From Octopus sinensis (Eukaryota): a stretch of DNA of 64,000 nucleotides. Where the stretch lies: NCBI RefSeq assembly GCF_006345805.1, contig NC_043024.1:1302001-1366000 (forward strand), read 5' to 3'. The position numbers and the translations under genes were made by a program. Within the stretch, counting starts at the first letter, position 1. Each line of letters starts with the position of its first letter. A model generated the notes under the pieces. It had not been told where the DNA came from. It saw nothing but the letters and a program-made list of their open reading frames with translations, and made no database searches. This document shows positions 35,680 to 49,600 of the stretch, piece after piece.

Positions 35680-36785
35680 GAACTGGACGAGATAACTTTG
35701 TGATATTTAGGTTTATCCGTTTATGTGTTCTAAGCTTAAATCATTTCATATGTGAATAAATGCTTGCTTTCTTTTGATGCTGCTGCCCTTAGGGTCATGC
35801 ATTTACAGTTGGTAATTGACTAGTCCCCCTCCCCACAAATTTCAGGCCTTGTGTCTATAGTAGAAAGGATTATTATTAAAGGGATGGTGAGCTGACAGAA
35901 TCATTAACATGCTGAGCGAAATGCTTAGCAGTATTCCGTTCGTTTTCACGTTCTAAGTTCAAATCCCACCACAGTCGACTTTGCCTTTCATCCTTTTGGG
36001 TCAGTAGAATAAGTACCAGTTGATTGCTGGGGGGTTGATGTAATCAACTCCCTCCCCAAAAAAAGTTTCAGGCCTTGTGCCTTTAGTGGAAAGGATGATT
36101 ATTATTATTATTATTAATATTATTATTAAGGGGGCAAGCTGGTAGGATCGTTAGCAGGTTGGGCAAAGTGCTTAGTGTTACAGTGGTATTTCAGCTGTCT
36201 TTACATTCTGAGTTCAAACTCTGCCGGGGTTAACTTTGCCTTTCATCTTTTGAGGGCTGATAAAATAAAGTTTTGGTCCATACTATGTTTGATGGTATCA
36301 GTTAACCCCCTCCCCTCAAAACCGCTGGTCATGTGCCTAAATTAGTAACTATCATTATTAATATTGTTATTGTTATTCAGTCTGGGGTTAACGCAGCCAC
36401 CCGGTCACCTCCTTGCCAGAACAGGGACATCAATGTGGTTGATATTAAGGTGAAGGGGGTGGCATTCCAGAAGCTGGCCGTCCCCTTTGAGTGAGGAAAG
36501 GTTTGAAAAGTGGAACGGTATGTAAGGGCTTTCTCTTCCTCCTCACCACCCTGGACCCCAGCCCAAGGGCAGAAGAATCGTTGGCACACGGGGGGGGGGG
36601 ATGTTTTGTGCGATTTTCTCCATCGTTTTATGTTTTGTGCTCAAATTCCACTGAGGCCAGTTTTACTTTTCATCCTTTCAGGGTCAGTACAATGAGTACC
36701 AGTTATGCACTGGGGGGGTGATGTAATCAACTTGCCCTCCCCCCTCGAAATTGCTGGCCTTGTGCCAGGATTTGAAGTCAGTATT
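35680..36785 (+). mobile_element. Cluster of ~4 SINE family A copies
   Basis: Repeated gttcaaa / gactttgcctttcatcc / ggccttgtgcc motifs with (ATT)n spacers. Confidence 0.75.
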
Positions 36786-39700
36786 TTAGTTTAGTTCAAA
36801 TTCGTCTGTGATAAGGGTTCTCTTTGTCCTTCTTGACATCTTTTCTGCTGTTGTTGGTCTTCTTCCCCCCCCCCCTTGTTACCTTTCAGTTTCCCTATTC
36901 TGACGTGATTGATTATCAATCAATACTGGATCAAAAACCAATCCCTTAACATTTCCCCATCACCATTGTTACAACAACATTTTTTATTTGCTGCCTGAAA
37001 CTCACCCCTTTTCTCTTTTCTTTCACCCCCACCCCACCCCACCCCCTGTCTCTCTCAATCCATTTAATCCACAATTTCTCTTTCACCTGCTGCTACCTGT
37101 TGATTGGTTCCATTTGTGTCATTTATTCCCCCACCCCACCCCACTTTCCCCCAATTCTGTTTTACCTTCTACTCTCTGTGAAATCAAAAACAAAAACAAG
37201 AAACCGTTTATGGTTCATAACACACATTGATGACGACTGTTGATGAGAAAAAAATTGGTTTGTTTGATTCTACATCACCTGTGTGTGTATGTGTTTGTAT
37301 AGATATACACACACATGCATATGTGTGTCATGATGATGATGATGATGATGACAATAGGCTGAACAGTTGTAACCCAATGGCCAGGCTAGTCAATGCCAAC
37401 AGACTGGACGAATGTATTTTCTGTCTGTGAGGAGAGGAGATCTTGCATTTGGGGTTCAGTCGTTGCCTGGCATTTTTGGGGCTGTCTGTTGCAGCAACAT
37501 TCAAAACCCCCTGCTTTGGTGTTGCACTTGTGATTGTCATTCTGACCATGGATCAGTGCTGACCATTCCAGATCATCAGCAGGAATATCTTATAAAATCT
37601 GAGAATGTGATTTCAAGATGGTCTCTCTCTGCGCCTTTCATTATGAATGCTGCCCATAAAAGTTAGCTTTTGATATTTGGCTGTCTTCCTTTAAAACAGT
37701 GTGTCTTGCTCACCCCAGCTAAGCCCTTCACGGAGTGATTTTTAACCCCTTCTGTACAGTTATGTTGAGCACCTTTTGTCCTTACATAAAATGCTGCAGC
37801 TTTGTGCTGGGTATCTTGGTTTGAATTTCTCTAGGTTCTGCATAAGTTACCAGTGCCATATCCAAGTCCCACTTCTGGGGTTTAGACAACTGATAGGCAC
37901 CAGTCTCCATGCCTGGACAGATCCCATGGTCATCTTCCATTCTGCATAGAAATTCTCTTCTGCAATTAGTTGTTAGTCACTTACATTTTTAAAAACTAGA
38001 TACAAGGTAGAAGGCCTGGTCTTCATTACAATATTACATTTGTGTTTAAAATTTCCATCGTACACAAGACTTTTGGTGGAATTGCCACTTGGTATACAAA
38101 GGGACCTGTATTCAGAGTCATGTCTACATTTTACACTTAAAGAAGAAAAAAAGAAATATTCTATCACCCAATTTTTGGTTTTCTTAAAACCTTTTCCTAT
38201 CATTAACTTAATGGGTGTTGCATTTTTTTAATAGATTTTGTAATATTTGATGATAAAAATACTATTTCTATAAACATTAAACATATACACTCACATACTA
38301 AGGGATAGGATGCAACACTTTGGGCTTAAAATCTGTTTTTTTGACTCTATATATACACATATATTATTCATTATATATTTACGAATCTACACACATGTAC
38401 ACACTCCTTGAAGTCAGAATTTCCATTTGTAGAGAAATAGGACTCAATAGATAAATCTACAGTGAACATTATTTTGATGCATAATAATAATAATAATAAT
38501 GATGATGATGATGGTGATAAGAATAAAAATAATTACTAAAAAGGAAAGCTTAAGAAGGTTATGGTTTTTACCTTTTTCATAAACTTTATACATCCACATT
38601 TATATACATACATGTATATACGTATACTGACTCCCTATAAAAGTATATTTTCATATTACAATTTTTCGCCCCTCTTTCCAGTTCTGGTTTCTTACTCTCT
38701 CATATTTAACTACAAATGATACATAGACAAGTGCTTCATATCTCTGCATCCTAGACAAATAGAGGCACAGGGGCATGTGCCACTAGTGCCGCCACGGACC
38801 GTGGGACATTGCCAGTGCCACACGTCTTTTGACCTGGTTCATTCTGATGTCTTGGTGAAGGTGTCCACGTGTAATGTTTGTAGGCAGATCATAGAACACT
38901 GACCGTGTACTCAGAGCCTAAGGAATTGCTCGGAGATTCAGGACATGTTACCAAAACACCTGCCTAGACACGTTTCCACAGCAAGAGACTATCAGTAGCT
39001 CATATCTTTATACTGTGTACATTAAATGATATATATATATATATATATATGTATGTATCATTTAATGGTTTTGTGTTGGTTTGCAAGATTATTGATGTAA
39101 ACTCGTGTGTTGAAAGAGATTTTGTTGTACTTTGGGAAGGTCATTATATTAATAATAAACACATGCACTAGTTCTGTTTCACTTCAGTTATAATTATTAG
39201 TTAACTAGTAAACCATTTAACCAATTAACTAGGTTCGTCAGAGTCGTTTCATTGCCATTTGTGACCTCATCAATGACGTACCCTCTCCACTCCAGGTCAT
39301 ATAAATACACACATATACATACACAATTTCACTCCCATATTTTACAGTTGATGGGTTTTCAGTTAGAAAATGAATTATTCAACTTCAGAATCCGTTGCAT
39401 CAACATAAATTACTCTTCTCGTGAAGAAATGGAGAAAAAAAACAATCATTGCGCAACAGAAATTTGTCATGTGTGAGTGTGTGTGTGTGTGTGTGTGTGA
39501 GCATGAATTGAAATGTGTGTGTGGGAGATTCTTTGTCTCTTTTGTGTGTGTTGCTGTTTTCTAAAATTGATAAAAACATGATCTTTAAAAAAAAAAGAAT
39601 AATGATTAAAAAAATGAGAAATTCTTGGGAAAATCCAAAGAAAGTAAAAAAAATTCCAATCCTGTGGAAGATGTTCAAGCCATGCCAAAAAGAGAAATTG

Positions 39701-42589
39701 AGTAATATTGCTGCTGCTGATGATGATGATAATTAAGATGATGAGGCTGATGAGATGTCGTGAGGGTGGGAACACGTATTGACCTGATCCCAGATCTCAA
39801 TCCCATCTTCCTGCTGCTGCTGCATGTTGGGTGTAACAATAATAATAATAATAATCAAACTGTGTCTGTCTCTTATTTACTTCGACATCCATCCATCTGT
39901 CTGTCTATCCATGGATCTCTCTGTATAGATTCTGAGAGAACGAACCACCATGTAGCATTGTGTGTTGTTACCTAGATATTGCTAGATCAATCTGTGTCTT
40001 ACGTATTATGATAACGAAATATAAACCAAAATACCAAAAGCTTTTTACCAGACCAGAACATTGTACATAAATTTTAATGTTCTTAGGCCGTTATATAATT
40101 CGGGGCTCATTTATTCCCTGAGTATCATTATTATTCTTATTATTACTATTAATATTATACATTATATACCTTTACCAAGAGAGCAGGGGGTTTCTTTGTA
40201 TTGAATAATAATAATAACTGGTTCTGGCTATGTTCTGCTGAGATATCCAGACATTTCTGACAAGCAAGAAAGCTTCAGATATACAAACTATTTGTGAAAT
40301 GGTTTTATATATATACACATATATATACACACATATACACATCAATGAATATATCTATTGTTGCTGGACTTTGTTGTTATTTACATGAAATATTTTACAT
40401 ATTTTTTCCCAGCCCCCACTGCGAAAGAAGAATGCTAAATGAACCGATTGTTAATTCCTGGTGCAAATTTTTTCAGAAATTTCTACTGAGAAACAAAACA
40501 GCTTGTGATATATTTTCTTTGAGAAGTGAGTAGATGACGACTTGCTTTCTTTAAGGAGACAGAATCTTGACCCCTTTTTCACATAAGATGACATCATATA
40601 CATCTTTGATCCCCCCCCCTTTTTTTTTATACTGTCATCCCACAGCAAGTGGAAGGTGTGTTCTGTTACTGCTGTGGAGCAGGGTTCAATCCTGCCTATA
40701 CCCGCAGTGACTGGCCATGGCACACCAGTAATACCATTAAACTGTTTCTGGCTCCTTAATAAAGGGGCTCTGAGTATTTTATTTAATTTTATTTTTATTT
40801 TTACTTGTGAGAAAAAAAGGGGTTTTTTTTAATGTATGTTTATATGGGACAGAATTTATCACAGAATATCTTTTCAAATTAAGACCCTCGCCCTTCCACT
40901 TGAACTCATACCATCTCATCATCTTAAACCGCCCCCTGTCCCCCTACAAGTGTCTTCTCAACAAGGTCATTTATCCTACTCTGAGAAGAACGGTTTTAAC
41001 ATCCCACCCCCCTCTCTGCAAACCCCCTTTCCCTAAAAATATTAGTGTTTAATTGTCAACAGTCAGTATAATTATACGGATCCTTTTATTTAGTGAATGA
41101 GAAGCCTGGGTCCATTATTGAGAAATCCTGATATTGCACACAATTCAAAGAAGAACGTGTAATCAATTCTAAATGGTAATTATAGAAAAAGTAATTCTGT
41201 TAGTTATTCAGTTCATTAATTAATGACTTCATTTTACCTGGTCCAAGGAACATCAGAAAACTTCATGTGTGGGCACGAATGCTTATACAAAAACACATGC
41301 CTACTTATACACGTGTGTATACAAGCGTGTATGTATAATAGATGTGCCAGGTCAACAAGAATGTTGCTATGCCATACTGCAAATTTTATGACCTCTGCCT
41401 ACATAATATGGTAAATAATAGAACTCTTAGAATACCTTGTAATATTTAGGATCTGGTTTCAAATACTGCCTGGATCAATTTTTGCCTTCCATCTTTCTGA
41501 GGTTGACAAACAAAGTACCACTCAAGTATATATAATCCATTATATACCTTTGAACACAGTACTCCAGTATGGCCACTCTCTGATGACCAAAATGAGTGAA
41601 AGAAATAACATTATTGTAGAGACGTACGCAGAGAAGCCATGATGTGTATAGACTTGTAGTTAAACAATTAAAACTGATAAGATTGCTGGTAATTAAACTA
41701 TATGTCTGTCTTCGTTTATCCTGGGAGTTTAGTTCCAATTAGACACCACGTTAAATGAATAACAGAACATATGGAGAAAATGGGTTTCGTTTAGAAACCA
41801 TCAAGTCCTTAGCATTGTATCTGGTCCCTGGGGTTCATTTCTGCAGTCCAAGCAGAATCTTTGACTAATCACTGACCCGTGTTATCACAGATCAATATGG
41901 GATGAGTGCCATCTGGTTCCCAATTCCAGTGTAGCCTGTTACCCCAAACCAGTGATACATAAAGATGGATGGATTGAATCTTTGGTTGATCTCTTGGTGA
42001 TTGCTTCATGGTTCCATTAATGACAACTTCCAATTGATATGGAAACGAATTTAAGAATCAATATATATTGTCTACTAATTCCTATTAAGAATGGTAAATT
42101 TTGATGAGAGTGCCAGAGCCCTTGTCCCAGCACCCTTTTGCTTTGTAGAACCTAACCCTTACCAGATGTATAAATTTCAACCCTAAATTTTAGAGGAATT
42201 ATCAACATTTTGAAATACAATTCCACTGTAGCTTATCAATGATAAACTAATTACTCTGGAATGTGTATGTTCAACACTAGCGAAGGCCCAAAGTACTGTG
42301 CCTAATACAATCCTTAATCCGGCCCTTCCTGCCTTTGATGGTCAAATTGTATGGGAACCCCAGCCCTTCAATTTGTTTAAGGCATTTGCTGCTCTACCGG
42401 TTTTCCATATGCTACCATTTATAGTCTGTTACAATGACTGTTATAGTTGTTAGAAGTATATATTCACATCTACATATATTTAGATATATACGTATATATA
42501 TGTGTGCGTATATACACATATATATATATATTATAAGATATTCAAATGTACAAGTTGGGAAAAATATTGTTAAAAGTATGCTTTTTTGA

Positions 42590-42746
42590 TATGGTTAGCT
42601 TTGACAGATATTTTAACATGTGGTTCTTTTAAACATGGATAGCTTTACAGACATTTTAACATGTGGTTCTTGCTTGTTTGTTTTTTTAAAAAAACATGGA
42701 TAGCCTGACAGACATATTTTAACATGTGGTTCTTTAAAACATGGAT
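42590..42746. repeat. ~40-bp degenerate tandem repeat x3 (acatggatagctttacagacattttaacatgtggttct)
   Basis: ttttaacatgtggttct occurs three times with conserved flanks. Confidence 0.8.
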
Positions 42747-43626
42747 GATATAAGTAAGTGTGACGTTTTTGAATTTGTACTTTTCACACTTGACGAAAAG
42801 AGGAAAAAAATTAAAAAAACAAACTGTTTGTAATTATAATTAAAAACGATAATAATTGTCATGTTGGATGTGATACTGTGATGCCGTGGAGTATTTGGTA
42901 AAAAAAATATCTTGCCGCAAAAAGAAAAACTGACTTTTTTAAACGAGGATGGGTGGGTGGTTTTTTTATACATCCCTATTATTATTATTAATTATTATTA
43001 TTATTAATTAAGGTAGTGGACTGGCAGAATTGTTAGCACTCTGGGCAAACCGCTCAGCAGCATTGCGCTTGGCTTTACATTCTGAAGTTCAAATTCCACC
43101 GGGGTCAACTTTATACCTTTCATCCTTTCGGGGTCGTTAAAACAGGTTCCAGTTGATCACTGGGGTTGATGTAAATGACTTAACCCCTACCCTGAAATTA
43201 CTGGCCCTGTGCCAAAATTTGAAACCATTATTATTATTATTATTATTATCTTTAAAGTTTGGTCCCCCAATCTACCCCTTGGTTCCCAGTTGACAGTCTT
43301 GCATAATATTCGCTTTAAAGGAATATCAAAGAAAAAGCATAAAATTCCACAACCTACATGTTTAGGGGTAGGCGTGGGTGGCTTTTGTTTTGTCCTCATC
43401 TGGATTTATCTCAAAATTTTATAAACCTCTCAAAATGAAGAACAAACAATTTTTTTTTTTTTTTCCAGATTACATTTTCTTGATTCCCTTTTTTTCTTTA
43501 AACAAATTAATTAATTAAATTAAAATTAAATCTGAAAGCTCAGGAATAAGTTCTGAAATTTCTTTCTTTTTCTTTTCTCCACATTAGTTCATTTTCTTCC
43601 ATTTCATTCCTTTCATATACACACAC

Positions 43627-43661
<35 letters not shown>

Positions 43662-46600
43662 TATGTTTCTACTTTCAATCTAAAAGAATTCTCCAACATT
43701 CCTTAATCTCTCTCTCTCTCTCTCCTCTCCTAAGTAATAGTAATAATAATATTAATAATGTAATTTATTATGAACCAAAATAATAACAATAATAATAGTA
43801 ATTTGTTTTTATCAGTGGAAATCTGATGTGGATAAAGCTAGAAATAATGTGTAAATATTGGGTTAAAAAAAACCCTTTGGATTGTAGAAGAGGTAAGCTG
43901 CTCACTGTTATTTCTAGCTTTATCTGCATTGAGTTTGTCCATAGAATGAATTATTTTACGTTCTCCCAAAGTTTCTAAAGTCCTGTGGTGTAAATGATAA
44001 AAATGTTATGAAATTTGTTACATACCAGAATAATTAATAACAGAGAAAGAAAGAAGGTTGACGAAAAACCCATTTGAATTTATTCCCTGAGCCTTCGTTA
44101 GCTGATTGATTCTCTTCGTTATCAGCTCTAATTCCTCCTTCATCATAACACTCTAATACACACACACTTGTTACTGATTTGTTTTCTTTTTAAACTATTA
44201 ATAATAATAATAATGATAATAATAATTTTGATACTAACACCAAACGTTTACATACAAGATTGAGTGGAGGGAGGGGGGATGATAATATGAAGAAGAAAAA
44301 AGTGTGTAAAAGAAAACTTTCAAAATATTCTTTAATCTAAATTGCCTTATACAACTGAAACTTCCTGCCAAGTGGTCCTTCAAATTTGCCCCTATACAGC
44401 TTTCCTTGCTTCATGTACAAAAAAATTTCCAAAATTTCTCAATTCTTGTTCAATAGTATAATTGTTGTTGTTGTCGTCGAGCCAATGTGTGACTAACTTA
44501 TAGATGAAATAGAGTTGGTGGTGGTTCGTTGTTGTTGTTAAACCCTAGGTTGGTCCTGATTGAGCAGGCCTACGACCAAAGGCATCCTTCCAGTCATAAC
44601 CATTATGTTTATCTTTATTTCTATAAGTTTACCTAAGATTACATTTCTTAATGTGTCCTCCCCACTTTTTCTTTTAATCTGGTTGAGCACCAGTGGGTAG
44701 GATAGGTGGTTTAGTAATTAATTGTGTAACAGTATCTTTGTTGTGTAAGGTAAAATACAAAATAGTTTAACTTTGAATATCCATCAATACTTTTTATTTT
44801 TAAAGTGGGGTCTTTTCCAGTTTTCCAGATTTATTACCCTTATTAATTTGTTATTGGAAACTGTGAAAATATGAAACGATGTACCACGCTGAATTAATTC
44901 TATACGACAATAATTTTGCTTACTTCTTTATTTCTCCCCTTCTGTGGTGTGGTGTCTTCACCAAAATTATGCCAACCTTGTTTCATCTATATTTCACATA
45001 TGTTGCATAAGATAATACACATATTTCTGACATTATGATATGTTCTCTGATCACATTTTTAAGAGATTAGGAAAAGTCATCGGTAGGGAGGGAGCAGTTT
45101 GTTTTGGTCTTTTTTTTTTTACTTTTGAAGGGGTGTTACTTTTTTTTTTTTTTGAGGAAGTTCTCATTTATTTCTCCTACCTCTCTCCTTCCAAAGGGCA
45201 CGATTTATTTAGGTGCAACTTGACCTCATTTCCCCAACCCACTTTCTCTCTCATCAACCTGACTTCAGCTAATGTCTTTCTGTCATTCACTTCACCTTTA
45301 AATCTCTGTCGCCTGTCTTTGTCCCACATTTGATCTTGCTGTGCAACACTTTTGGGCAAGTGTCTTTAACCAGTCTCCCATTGATCAATGCCTTGAGGAT
45401 GAAATATTAGTTGAAAGCTGAATGGAAGCCTAACGTGTGTGTATGTAAATCGATGTGAAATCTTTTCAGTATTTACTGAGATGAGTGTGGGATGATCTCA
45501 GTCAGATTGTGTACCACGGATCAATGGAATATGAATAAAATAAAGTAAGAAAAAGCATGAAGATAGTACCCCATCATAACTGTGATGTGTTCAGAGAAAC
45601 TGAAAAGAAAGAAAGGTAGATCAGTGGATTAAATGCTGCCTCATTTAGGCGTTTGAAGATCAAATCCTACAGGAGTAGTTTGAGTTCATATTTCATTAAT
45701 CCTTCCAGATTAGATTAAAGTAAAGCTATTCAGAAAATGTTGATAGCTTTTTAGGAATTTTCCCTTTTTTCCAAATCCTTTTCATCCCTTCATGATCGAC
45801 AAAAATAGTACCAGTCAACTACTGGGGTTTGACGTAGTTCAGGAAACTCCTCCCCCAAAATCTCACTGGTTTTGTGCCTAACTTAGAAACATCATCAACA
45901 TTATTATTATTGTTAGTGATATTTTGTCTGTCTTTGTGTCCTGAGTTCAAATTTCACTGAGGTCGACTTCGACTTTTATCTGTTCGGGGTCACTGAAAAA
46001 AGTACCAGTTGAACGCTAGGGTCAATGTAGTCAACTACCCACCTGTTCCCCCATAATTTCAGGCCTTTTGCTATAGTAGACAAGATTATTATTATTATTA
46101 TTATTGATATACATTTGTGAACGATAGTGTTGTTAGAGATGTCTGAGAAAAGATGGTGTCTGTCCTCATCATCTAGAAACCTGAAAGTCTGTCGGTCAGA
46201 ATGGCTCTGGTCATTGAAATGGTCAACTGGCAGAATCATTAGCACGCCAGGCAAAATGCTAAACAGCATTTCATCTTCACTTTCTGAGTTCAAATTCCAC
46301 CGAAGTCGACTTTGCCTTTCATCCTTTAGGGATTGATAAAATAAGTACCTGTTGTGTACTGGGGTTAATGTAATCAATTTACCCCTTCCCCTCAAATTGC
46401 TGGCTTTCTGCCAAAATTTGAGACCAATATTTCTATGACTAAGTGTAGAAAACTCCTGTGGATTTAATTTTAGCGATTCCGGGGCTAAATTCTGTGCTGG
46501 GAATTGAAACGTTGATCTTGGCAAGAATCTACCTGAGACATTGTCCCTTTACGTTAAACAAGTTCACATACTGCCAAGGTGGACTTTGCCTTTTGTCCTT

Positions 46601-47142
46601 CAGTAAAATAAAGAAGTGTCTACCAATCACGGACTGGGACCAATCTAGTCACATTATGCTTATACAACAAGTTGTGTTTGTGTGCCAATCTTTTGCGGCA
46701 AAGTGAGTTGTTGTTGTTGTTGTTGTGAGACAGAGGAAAGATATAAAGTTGAATCCTTTACTCTCTCTCTCTCTCTCTCTCTCCAATGTTTCGTTGTCTT
46801 TTGTCCCTTCAGGCTCAAAAAAAAAAAGGGTTTTCACAAATAGCAGGGATCTTGTGAATTGTTAGGACTGTTTCCTGTTAAAAATTAGCATTTGTGCCTA
46901 AGGTAAAAAAAAAAAAAAAATCGTCATCACCATCATTATTATTATCATCATCATTGTTATTATTATTATTATCAGGATTATTATAGACAGTGTGCAGTTA
47001 GATTAAACACTCCTTACAGTATCTCATATTCGTGAGTTCAAATCCTATTGAAGTTGACATCCCTCCAAGGGCCGTATGTATGTATATATAATATGAGAAA
47101 CTGAGATGGCAAAAGAATTGACAATTATCTTATGAACTGCAT

Positions 47143-47225
47143 TGGCTAACGGCTGTTTCTGCTGTAAAATGCAATGCACTCAGAGTTGAGTGCTTGAGTA
47201 TCAACTTAGAGCTTCATCAGAGCCA
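47143..47225 (-). ncRNA. Candidate minimal type I hammerhead ribozyme (Penelope-like-element type)
   Basis: Minus strand: UGGCU-CUGAUGA-A-GCU...AGC-A-GAAAC-AGCC-GUU-AGCCA. 5-bp stem I, all core nucleotides present, short stem III. Confidence 0.65.
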
Positions 47226-47719
47226 CTCTGTATTCAACACTACATTCTGAAGCATACCTGTATTGAGTTCTACACTAGGTTATTAGTATTTCAATACCTA
47301 AGTGAAATAGGAAAATGTGTGTGTGTGTGTGTGTAAGACCCCTTGTGTTTGTGTGTATACCCACATCCATATGCGGGTCTGTAAGATACTAAAGGGTCGG
47401 TTTCTTTGATGATTTAACGTTCAACTTTTCATTACAAAGGAAAATTTAGTGCCTGGGAAAGAAAAGAAAAAAAGACACTCTTCTTGTTTGTTAATTAAAA
47501 GTTTATAAAAGTACCGTAACATACTCCTTTAAACTCATTACAAGAAGGAAGAGATGTGATGCTGTGGCAATAATGCCTTGCTGACCTAAATCTGTGGCCT
47601 AATTTTGATATCTTGTTATTGTTGCTTGGATCAGGACTCAGAAAAAAAAAAACCTGCTCTCACAACAACGGTTTTTCCTTTTCTTTGAAACAATGGCCCA
47701 GCACCTCTTCTAAGATATT

Positions 47720-48986
47720 TGGTGCATTGGCAGAACCATTAGAGAATTTGGACTAAATGCTTTTCAATACTTCAGTGTCTAGTTACAGCTCTTTAATGTT
47801 TAAGTTCAAATCCTGCCTAGGTTGTTGAATAAAATAAAATACCAGTCATATATTGGGGATTCATGAAATTGACTTACCCACACATCTCACCAAATTACTG
47901 GCCTTATGTCTGATTTAAGAACCATTATTAATATGAACTTTGCCTTTAATCCCACCAGGGTCGATAAAACAGCTTCCCCAGTCAAGTACTGTGGCTCGTT
48001 AAGTTAATTAACTCCTCTCTCCAAATTGCTTGCCCCTAAATTAGACACAATTATTTATGTTATTAATTAGTAGAGCAGTGAGCAGCATTTTGTTCCTCCT
48101 TATGTTTTGTGTTCAAATTCTGCCAAGGTTCACTTTTGCCCGAGTTGAGCCCTGGGGTCTGGCCTTGTGCCAAAATTTGAAACCATTATTATTATTTTTA
48201 TTATTATTATTAGTATTAGTATAATTAAGTTGACGAGCTGTTGTTGCTGTTGTTGTTATTATTTCCATTAGGACGATAGGTTGGCAAAATTGTTTGCGTC
48301 TCAGACGAATCCTTAGTTGTGTTCATCCTGGGTCTTTTTGTCCTCAGTTTCAAATCCTGCCAGGGTCAACTTTGCCTTTCACCTTTCCTGAGCCAATAAA
48401 ACAAAACACTTTGCAGTGTTTCATCTGTCTTTACATTCTGAGTTCAAATTCTGCTGAGGTAGTCTTTGCCTTTCATCCTTTTGGGGTCGGTCGATAAGTA
48501 CCAGCTGAACACTGGGGGGGTTCGATGTAATCGACTTACCCCCTCCCCTCAAAAACTGCTGGCCTTGTGCCAAAATTGAAACCATTGTTGTTGTTGTTAG
48601 TGATGATGATGATGATGATGATGGTGAGGGAAATGGTTAAATGGACAAAAATGACCAAGACCCCCTCGAGATCATATCCCACAACTGCCATTATATTTTG
48701 CCCCCTTCTATGTTGGAGGGGGAGGGGCACATTTAATTCTGTTTTGCCAACCACTTCGTATAATTCTTATTGAAACCATCATCCTTGCCTTGCAATGTTT
48801 AGTCACATCCCCTTTTTTTTGTTGGGGGGGGGGGTTCAAGCCCCACTGGGGTCAACTTTACCTGCCAGTCTTCTGAGGGACCAAATCTAAAATTCCTAGT
48901 CAAACCCTAGGATTAATTACATCAACCATGACCCATGCCCCTCCCCTCTAAAAATTTAGCCCTGTGCTGCCATTGTTAAATTTACC

Positions 48987-49024
<38 letters not shown>

Positions 49025-49307
49025 ATTTTATTATTATTATTATTATTATTGTTGTTGTTGTTGTTGTTGTTATTTCCATTAGGACGATAGGTTGGCAAAA
49101 TTGTTTGCGTCTCAGACGAATCCTTAGTTGTGTTCATCCTGGGTCTTTTTGTCCTCAGTTTCAAATCCTGCCAGGGTCAACTTTGCCTTTCACCTTTCCT
49201 GAGCCAATAAAATAAAAGTACCAGTTACGTTCTGGGGATCACTGCAATAAACTAACCTCATAACCTCATTCTCCCCCAAATCCCTGGCCCTATGCCAATG
49301 TCACAAA

Positions 49308-49356
<49 letters not shown>

Positions 49357-49600
49357 ATTTTATTATTATTATTGGGGCAACAGAATGACAAAATGATAAA
49401 ATCAGAAGATAGAAATGAAATGTCTTGCAATATTTTGTGACAGATTTTTTTAAGGTTCTGAGTTCAAACCAAGCCAAGGGCAAATTTGCCTTTCCTCCTT
49501 CTGGGGGCGGGTGATCAAAGAGAATAACATTCAATTTAATCGCCTGGTCTCTTCTTCCCCCCTCCCCACCACACCAAACGTGTGACCTTGGGCTATAATT
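47720..49600 (+). mobile_element. Cluster of diverged SINE family A copies
   Basis: Multiple gttcaaat..tgcc..ggtcaactttgcctttc motifs separated by (TTA)n. Confidence 0.7.

Noticed and set aside
41575-41610. CTGATGA...GAAA hammerhead-like string
   Set aside because: No stem II pairing; it is a decayed SINE tail (atggccac..tgac..aaa).
45976-46524. 182-aa minus-strand ORF
   Set aside because: Antisense read-through of SINE family A copies.
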